A stretch of 24,960 bases of DNA, taken from Tortispora ganteri (lineage: Eukaryota). Positions 18,221 to 24,960 of this stretch are shown here, piece by piece; the first letter of the stretch is position 1; each line of letters begins with the position of its first letter. Both the position numbers and the translations under genes were made by a program. Below the pieces are notes generated by a model. That model had not been told where the DNA came from. It did no database searches and saw nothing but the letters and a program-made list of their open reading frames with translations. Location of the stretch: the NCBI GenBank assembly GCA_003707115.1, contig PPNB01000029.1, forward strand, positions 62,001-86,960. Reading direction: 5' to 3'.

Positions 18221-20047
18221 TTATACGGCCTTCCCACGTTTAGGTCTTGTTGCAGGAGACCCTTGACTTCTGCTTCTGCTTCTGCTACGGCTGCGGTTCC
18301 AAAGAGCGTTTAGCGAGCTTTTGCGACCTCCACTTACCCCTGTTGAAGACCTGCGACGGCGCGAGAACGCTGATGGCGGTGAGAACCCGTTCGTAGGCGC
18401 ATTGGCGCTAGGCGTTGAAAAGTGTATGTCAACATAAAAATCGTTGTCTAAAGAATTGTCATAGTCATTAGACACAAGGTATTCATCAATGGAAACTTCT
18501 GCCAGTCCCTCAGGATCCATGTTGAGAAATTCAGATAAATCTGCAATGAAATTCTGTTCGTTGAATTCTAATCTTCCGTCAACACTATCTATGATGCTAG
18601 TTTCAGCCATTGGCCAGCGAACAGAATGCCGCGGTTTATGTACTGACCCACGATCAACCTGTAAATTCGTCTCGGAAATTTCAGCAGGAGGTGACAACGT
18701 TCTGGTACTTACACCGTCAATAATGGCAACAGGGCGCTCAAGTGTCATCACCCATGAACCTAGAACCGGTGGTCGCGTCGGTCCATTGCTAGAGTTTAGT
18801 ATCTCTGTGGCCTTGGTTGACTGAGTGCGGTTTATCCTGCTTACAGACGGCGGCGGAAGCGTAGTGTCTTCATCTGTCGAGTCGCCAGACCCGACTATAT
18901 CGGGAAAATTAGATACAAGCTGCTGTTCAAGTTCAATGTCTGATGGAACATCGCCTTTACCATCGTCTTTGGCTTTCTTTTTCTTTCGTTTGTTCTTGAC
19001 ATGCGCCTTCTTCCACAAAGTCTCACTGAACCCGTCGTCGTCTGAACTGAAAAATGCAGATATTAAGTAGCTGTCGTCATCTGATCCATTTCCATAGTAC
19101 CCAGCCTCCGAATCAATCATATGCTTCAGCGCAGGATCGTCAGGATCCATTACAAACATGGTAGACTTCTTGGAGCTGCTCGGAATCATAGATGACATTG
19201 AAGACGAACCAGAAGACGCAACAGATCCGGGAGATCCGGGAGAAGAAGTTTTACTGACAGCTTCTAAATGCAGTTTCCCAGACTTGCGAGTGTTTGCGTA
19301 AGTATCACTAGCAGGATCTTCTAGACCAGATGGTGTCGGCGAAGAAGTATTTCTATAATATCGTTCGCGATTTTCTTCAATATCCTGCATAAAAATTAGT
19401 TCGTTAGGATCAGAAGCTCCTGCTAGAAATTCATGAACCATTGCCTCTTCTTCGACGTGCTCTATGAGGCCGCCTTCTTCATGCGCCTCTGACAGTTCAC
19501 TCACGTCATCGCGTAGGGCTTCGAGAAGACTTTGCTCTTCGACGACTTCTTCATCTTCTAGCCCGACAGTTGATCGTTTGCGTGCGCGTGGGTCTCCAAA
19601 AAAGGCACGTTCGAGCAAACTGTAGTGATCGTTCTGTGCTTCAGTAACCGAATAGTTTTCGTCGTCGGAACTGCTGTATGGGTTGAAGTAAACAGAGTTT
19701 GAAGGTTTACGGCGTTTTAAGGGCGTATCAACGGCAGTATTTGTAGTTGACCTGGATGTACGCTTTAAGTTAGCGGGACGAGTAGGCGTAGAGGAGAAGG
19801 AGGACTCTGACTGTGAGTCGTTAGTATCAGCGGATCGCAACTCGTCATCTGATTCGTCTAATTCGTCTGATTCGTCATCTGCTTCGGAGTCAGAGTCGTC
19901 TGCAGAAACGGCATCAGCAGAGCCCTCGTCTTCGGTGTCTGAAGAAGTTGCAGATTCAGAATCAACGGATATAGCTGAGGAATTCCGCAGAGTCACTGTC
20001 CGTCGAGCCATCGATGTTGAAGTACGATGGAGCGGCGGTGAATACAT
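18221..20047 (-). CDS. IFH1: Ifh1/Crf1-family ribosomal protein gene coregulator (608 aa)
   Basis: Forkhead-binding domain motifs DDDSYL...FFSS, GDSTDED.TLPPP, KATEILNSS..RPPVLGSW and IIDGVSTRTL; acidic Ser-rich N-terminus. First ATG is at 20047. Confidence 0.82.
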   Translation of the reverse strand: MYSPPLHRTSTSMARRTVTLRNSSAISVDSESATSSDTEDEGSADAVSADDSDSEADDESDELDESDDELRSADTNDSQSESSFSSTPTRPANLKRTSRSTTNTAVDTPLKRRKPSNSVYFNPYSSSDDENYSVTEAQNDHYSLLERAFFGDPRARKRSTVGLEDEEVVEEQSLLEALRDDVSELSEAHEEGGLIEHVEEEAMVHEFLAGASDPNELIFMQDIEENRERYYRNTSSPTPSGLEDPASDTYANTRKSGKLHLEAVSKTSSPGSPGSVASSGSSSMSSMIPSSSKKSTMFVMDPDDPALKHMIDSEAGYYGNGSDDDSYLISAFFSSDDDGFSETLWKKAHVKNKRKKKKAKDDGKGDVPSDIELEQQLVSNFPDIVGSGDSTDEDTTLPPPSVSRINRTQSTKATEILNSSNGPTRPPVLGSWVMTLERPVAIIDGVSTRTLSPPAEISETNLQVDRGSVHKPRHSVRWPMAETSIIDSVDGRLEFNEQNFIADLSEFLNMDPEGLAEVSIDEYLVSNDYDNSLDNDFYVDIHFSTPSANAPTNGFSPPSAFSRRRRSSTGVSGGRKSSLNALWNRSRSRSRSRSQGSPATRPKRGKAV

Positions 20048-20173
20048 TGTGAGGGTATATAAAAAAAAAGGACAAAAACTAGTAATTTTTGACAGCGATT
20101 TAGCAAAAAAAACAAAAAAAAGGGGGCACGAGTATGTGTGTTTAATGGGGAAATAGGTCGACACAAGATTTTC

Positions 20174-20183
20174 AAAAATTTTC
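20174..20183 (-). promoter_or_regulatory. RRPE-like element upstream of IFH1
   Basis: The minus strand reads GAAAATTTTT about 130 bp upstream of ATG 20047. Confidence 0.45.
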
Positions 20184-20564
20184 GATCCACAGATATCGGA
20201 TCTTAGTTCGACATTGTGCCCTAGGCTAAATGGGCGAATTAGTTAATCAAAGAGCAGAAAAAAGATATATTGCTTAATAGAAAGCAAATTAAAATAAACC
20301 GCTAGTAAAAGGATCGAAAATTTGTTGAATATGTAGTATATTCAGTATCTCGATCAAAAAAGAGAGAATTTGAATTTTAAACCTGAATGTTTCAGCACAA
20401 AAGCAATATAATAGCTCTATTATTAAATCAAATTCTAATTCAAATCAGTTTTATTCAAGGAATATAAATCTCAAAAAATAACACCCCTCCCTCAAATCTT
20501 TATCAATTAAATAAACCGTCAATTACAGATAATAAAGGATAATGATTTTTAAACCAAAAATTTT

Positions 20565-21110
20565 ATGACGGGTTACAAGGGTGTCCGTATAGGCGTTGTT
20601 GGGAGGTATTACCTAATTCTGTTTGCGTCTCAGACATTTCTTTACTTTCTATTGGTCAGTTCTTATTTAGAGTTATATATTTCTCCCAAACTAACGCGGT
20701 TCAATCTCATACATAATATACTTGAAAACTCGTCAACTTTTTTTTATCTATAGACACATGTAGAGACTATAGAAAAACTGCTATCAAAGCTTGTATGATT
20801 ACTAATTGGTTGATATATGTGTAATTGTTGCGCTCGAATCTTACTCAGATGTTTCACAGTTGACTTTAACTAATGCTCGTAATAACAATCTCCAGCTGAC
20901 CAGTTTGTCCACCAAACAGAACTAACACTACCCATGTACTATTCCTACTAACCTTTATATTTTGAATTATATAATTCTATTTGTTTTGTCATTTAGTTCG
21001 ATCTTTTGTGGGACTCGTGGTCTTACCATCATGCTCATGCACTAAAAGGTGGAAGTGGTCGTCTAGATATCTTCACCGCTGCATCTCACAACACCCGCTT
21101 CCATGGTTAA
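20565..21110 (+). CDS. Hypothetical three-exon small gene (20565-20654, 20754-20792, 20997-21110), 80 aa, no recognised family
   Basis: Two plausible introns (GTCAGT/AACTAAC/TAG and GTATGA/TACTAAC/TAG) join in phase 0 into one open frame. No homology recognised. Confidence 0.25.
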
Positions 21111-21325
21111 AAGATACATCGTCAACTAGAAACTTGAATATTCAGAAAGCTAAATACTACGCGAAAAAAAGCACAATTGACCTAACCTGTGCTTTCTTAA
21201 CAGTTTCGCGGGCATGCTCCCTCAAGCTGTACCTGCTGGTCAAACCCTCTTCCCCCACATCCCCCGACTTAAATAACACTCACTTCACTACTCTCCTCCG
21301 ACACTCTATCAGTGCCGCTCGCGCA

Positions 21326-24013
21326 ATGTCTGGTGCAATCTCCTGGTCAAAGTATGGCTTCTTGGCCTATTTAACTCAGGATAAGCACACTCTAGAGGAC
21401 AAAATTTTTATATCTATGCTACAGCCTACAGATGGCTATCTATGGCACCTCAGCACTCCGTTTTTGCTCATCAAGGATCTTGCTTCTTTAGTCTCTGATA
21501 AAGTCAAATTGATATCTTGGAGTCTCAACAGTGCTGAAATCGCTATAGTAGACTCTCATGGCCAAGTATCATTTATTGCTTATTCACCCATTCCAGGAGC
21601 ATCCCGTTGCATATACCAGAGTTCTCCCTTACAGTCAGCGGATCCTGCCTTCTCTCGTGTCGTTGGGTTTGAATGGCTGCTGCCCGATCGCGATCAATCG
21701 CTTCTTCATTCGGCTACTAGACCTTCTTCAGATCAAAAATTCACTTACAATCTACACACTTCCGTTCCTCAACCTGCCACTCACTCGCCACTTTTCAAGC
21801 AAGTCGCAATGGCCTTAACCACTTCCGGAGTTCTTCGTCTGTGGTACCAACCAGACGTAAGGCCTACACCTAACTCGCCTTATCCCAAGTTTCGTGAACT
21901 TTCTTGTGTTATCGAGCGTGGAGTGATCTTTTCGCACGCATCTTTTGGCACCATTCCTATCCCCAAATCTACCACTGACGACCCACCAATCACTTTAGTA
22001 GCTGCATATGCTCCACTTTTGAAAGAAGTCCGGCTTTACAAAGTGATTTGGAAAATTATACAATCCTCAGAAAATCAGCAACCTAATTCAAAACCTCAAC
22101 AACAGCAACAGCTACCTAACCAATCAGCGGCCGCACCCGAGCATATCATAAAGTCCTTGGAGGTTTCCAAACTAGTCATCCGCAATATAAGCAGTTTGAT
22201 CGGCACAAATTCTGAAATATCTCAATTTTGCCTTTTAGGTAACCGCTGGTCTACTTTTTCTCATGAGGCACACGTCAGTCGACAGACTAGTTTGATCATC
22301 GGTTTGAACTTTACAGATTCCACGCGGAATTCAAAGCTCCTGCGATGGAATATAAAGTTACAGAAACATCAAATTCATCCTAGCTTTGAAGCTCTTAGAA
22401 GCATGCCAGGTATTATACATTCAGATCAGGTTTGTATCATGGAACTTGGTGACACCTTTGAATTCTCGTCCAATATATCTTCTCTTCATGTCTTACCTTT
22501 TGAGCCTCTTCTGATTTTGCATTTTACTTCAGGCCATGTAGAGTTTAGAGACATCGACTCTCTTGCAAAATTATCTCCCGCAGAAAACCCTGCTGGTGTT
22601 GAGTTGGTGACCACTCCTCTTGATGTCGGATTCCAACTTCCTTCTCTTCGTCCTGACTGTCTCTATTACCCTTCTCCAAACGGCTGTGGATTTGCATTTT
22701 TTGACATAGGCAATGGCGAGCTAGGATTCTCATCTTTGATACTTCCCACTGTGAATATAGCCGAAAGCGGAGTATTTCCAGTCATTGCAGCTTTTATAGC
22801 TTACAGACATGCAAATTCATATTTCAGATCCACATCAAGCGAAGATATATTACACTTATCTCAAAAACTGCTTTTTGAAAATTCTAGGAACTTTCCTAAC
22901 TTGTCCAAATATATCTCCTTCGTTCTTTCTGAATCTCACCGTGCACTTAATTATGTCTTAGACGGAAACAAAGATATCACAATCGAGAAACTGATGACTC
23001 ACACAATTCTGCAAAAATGCTTAAGCCTTCAAACTGTTCTTGGGGTTCGTCCAGGCTGGATCCGACCTATTAGTTCACGTGTAGCACATGTGGTGCTGAA
23101 CCTCAGGCTTCTCGCATTCGCTATTTCATTCACTTTGAGATCAATACAGAATCAAACCCCGCGTAATAATGTTTCTGACTCTGAATACAAGGCAATAACT
23201 ATTGCTAGTCTGCTAGGAATGGTACAATGGTTTACAGATTTGCTGACTTTCATGACTCGTGAAATGGTTCGAAACCACAACGAGCCAGAACTATATCATA
23301 AACCTTGTCTGACTCTTGGAATTTTGATGTCTCAAACTGGGCGAATTTTTTTTCAATTTTGTTTAAGAGGAATCAGAGGTTTTGAGCAAATAATTTCTCG
23401 TGCTGCTCGTAATGATGGCGATGTCAAAGGCCCTGTTCAAATGACATTCGGCATGTTGAGGGAAATAACAGGTAATGCACCAGTATCAATTGCAGCATTT
23501 GAAACTTTTACCGGTGTAGTTGATTCAGTGATAAAACATATATATCCCTCATTACAGAATCAGCTGGGTTTTTCGCAAGCCTGGTTTTTTCAAGCAACTG
23601 TATCACCAGTGCTGAAGAAAGTGGTTGAACGAATTGATGTTACATTTGCTCAGAAAGTATTACCTACAGTTGATCATGAAGGGTTGTACTTTACATCTAC
23701 GGCATGGCTAGGACTTGACGATCTAACTATACTGCCTCTTAATCCTACCGAAGCTGAGTTATCTGACAAGCAAAATGAGGCTCTAAATATTGCTATTGCA
23801 CATGTAGAGTCCAGAAAAGGGATGGATGAAATTAGAAAGAGAGTCATGCCGCGCAATAACCCACAATCAATTCGGCGCATATGTTCAAGATGTGGTTGTA
23901 TTTCCGTGTGGGAAATTTTTAACAGCCAAGTGCCATTCATATGGTCTTCTGCCGCGTTTCCAAAGATCTGTCCCTGCGGTGGCTATTGGTTGCCACTGAA
24001 ATCCTTAAGCTGA
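21326..24013 (+). CDS. SIN4: Mediator tail subunit Med16/Sin4
   Basis: N-terminal ISWSKYGFLAY (Sin4-like), TTSGVLRLWYQ, FSHAS, SPNG, LQKCLSLQTVLG and C-terminal RICSRCG...CPCGGYW. First ATG is at 21326; the track's start at 20981 is TTG. Confidence 0.88.
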   Translation: MSGAISWSKYGFLAYLTQDKHTLEDKIFISMLQPTDGYLWHLSTPFLLIKDLASLVSDKVKLISWSLNSAEIAIVDSHGQVSFIAYSPIPGASRCIYQSSPLQSADPAFSRVVGFEWLLPDRDQSLLHSATRPSSDQKFTYNLHTSVPQPATHSPLFKQVAMALTTSGVLRLWYQPDVRPTPNSPYPKFRELSCVIERGVIFSHASFGTIPIPKSTTDDPPITLVAAYAPLLKEVRLYKVIWKIIQSSENQQPNSKPQQQQQLPNQSAAAPEHIIKSLEVSKLVIRNISSLIGTNSEISQFCLLGNRWSTFSHEAHVSRQTSLIIGLNFTDSTRNSKLLRWNIKLQKHQIHPSFEALRSMPGIIHSDQVCIMELGDTFEFSSNISSLHVLPFEPLLILHFTSGHVEFRDIDSLAKLSPAENPAGVELVTTPLDVGFQLPSLRPDCLYYPSPNGCGFAFFDIGNGELGFSSLILPTVNIAESGVFPVIAAFIAYRHANSYFRSTSSEDILHLSQKLLFENSRNFPNLSKYISFVLSESHRALNYVLDGNKDITIEKLMTHTILQKCLSLQTVLGVRPGWIRPISSRVAHVVLNLRLLAFAISFTLRSIQNQTPRNNVSDSEYKAITIASLLGMVQWFTDLLTFMTREMVRNHNEPELYHKPCLTLGILMSQTGRIFFQFCLRGIRGFEQIISRAARNDGDVKGPVQMTFGMLREITGNAPVSIAAFETFTGVVDSVIKHIYPSLQNQLGFSQAWFFQATVSPVLKKVVERIDVTFAQKVLPTVDHEGLYFTSTAWLGLDDLTILPLNPTEAELSDKQNEALNIAIAHVESRKGMDEIRKRVMPRNNPQSIRRICSRCGCISVWEIFNSQVPFIWSSAAFPKICPCGGYWLPLKSLS

Positions 24014-24255
24014 ACTTGCATCGGTATCGTTTCATTATAATGAGATACGACTAGAGTACACAATTATTATTATATCTCTTTAATTCTCTTGGTTTGTAGC
24101 GGAGGCGAAGAACATCACAATCTTCTGTACAAGGAAAACAATCAATGAGCTGGGGATAGGCTGCTACATATGGCCTAACCAGATTATACTTGGTGTGAAA
24201 ATGCATAAGTGCGAATAACAATTCGAGATAGTAAAATTTAAAAGATCCACCATTT

Positions 24256-24960
24256 TTAAACAGTTGTTTTCTGGTCTGGTTTCCCGTATTTAGATTCAAA
24301 TTCTGCTCGTTCCTTCATAGCCATTTCAATATAAGGAGCTTTCTGAGCGTCGGTAAGTTCTTTCCATCGACTCGAGAGAACCTTTAAGGCTTGCACAACA
24401 GTATCGTATTTGCCAGTTTCCATTTGCTCTTTAACGTAGAAATTGAGGGGCTGACGAGGATACCGGAAGTTTTTAGGTACAGGGAACGGATATACTCTTT
24501 TAGCGTTATCGGTTATGTTTTTGTTCCGCGAGTAATTGAACTTTCTGATGACGGATATTCCATGTACTTTTATGTAATCTTCGAAGTCTTTCTCAAATCT
24601 TTGAGCGTCAAGTTCGACTAATTCTCCGAATTGAGCCTTTTCGGCAGCCGAGAAAGAGTTCCACTTCTTGATCGCGGAATTGACGTTTTCGGCGATTGGA
24701 CTATCGTCATAGCAGCTGATAAACAGCTGATACGATGTTCTTGGTCTCACTGGTGGTTTAGGAAAGGATGATTCAACACGGGACTTATTGGGTTTGAATT
24801 TCAACCCCTTTTCTTTATGTTCTTGTTTTATGCGATCTAGTTCTGCCTGTGTTTTTGCCTTCTGCAGCCGGTCTCGCTCTCTGCTCTGCACGGCAGTTTC
24901 TCTATCACGTGCAATTTTGGATGCAATTTTTTCCTTATAATGACGTATTATGTTATCATT
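24256..24960 (-). CDS. Tandem HMG-box protein, probably mitochondrial nucleoid Abf2/Gcf1-like; 5' end lies outside the window
   Basis: Two HMG boxes (PVRPRTSYQLF...KWNSFSAAEK and PRQPLNFYVKE...WKELTDAQKAPY) preceded by a charged coiled-coil-like segment. The frame stays open to base 24960. Confidence 0.78.
   Translation of the reverse strand, partial: NDNIIRHYKEKIASKIARDRETAVQSRERDRLQKAKTQAELDRIKQEHKEKGLKFKPNKSRVESSFPKPPVRPRTSYQLFISCYDDSPIAENVNSAIKKWNSFSAAEKAQFGELVELDAQRFEKDFEDYIKVHGISVIRKFNYSRNKNITDNAKRVYPFPVPKNFRYPRQPLNFYVKEQMETGKYDTVVQALKVLSSRWKELTDAQKAPYIEMAMKERAEFESKYGKPDQKTTV

Noticed and set aside
20938..21118. snR30/U17-like m1 motif (TATTCCTA) and a hairpin followed by ACA as an H/ACA snoRNA
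   Set aside because: There is no properly placed m2 motif or H box, and the stems are short and compete with one another.
20981..21325. 115-codon non-AUG N-terminal extension of SIN4 (similar TTG/GTG extensions for PRP5 and IFH1)
   Set aside because: Family similarity begins at the first ATG, and the extensions run through promoter-like or low-complexity sequence.

Overview
Compact, intron-poor ascomycete yeast DNA, most consistent with an early-branching Saccharomycotina lineage. It has a full-length membrane-type SREBP, CTG read as Leu at conserved positions, and a GTAAGT/GCTAAC/TAG intron. Gene order: YBT1-like ABCC transporter (partial, -, missed by the ORF track), PRP5 (+), a small lipidated SVIP/YGL108C-like protein (-), SREBP (-), glutathione peroxidase (-), RIB1 (-), two-exon MIC10 (+, missed by the ORF track), PLC1 (+), IMP4 (-), YPL225W/PBDC1-like (+), an NAD(P)-binding Rossmann protein (+), IFH1/CRF1-like (-), SIN4/MED16 (+) and an ABF2-like HMG protein (partial, -). 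I found no tRNA, rRNA, transposon or CRISPR array. This is mostly core housekeeping DNA and I cannot claim a proven new system. The best leads are: a 111-aa acylated protein with two SHP boxes and a VIM (three Cdc48-binding motifs) next to SREBP; a possible hidden three-exon gene between IFH1 and SIN4; a MIC10 intron that may fold into a long rod; a recurrent telomere-like GGTTAGG promoter motif; and a bacterial-looking oxidoreductase. All family calls come from motif recognition, not database searches.
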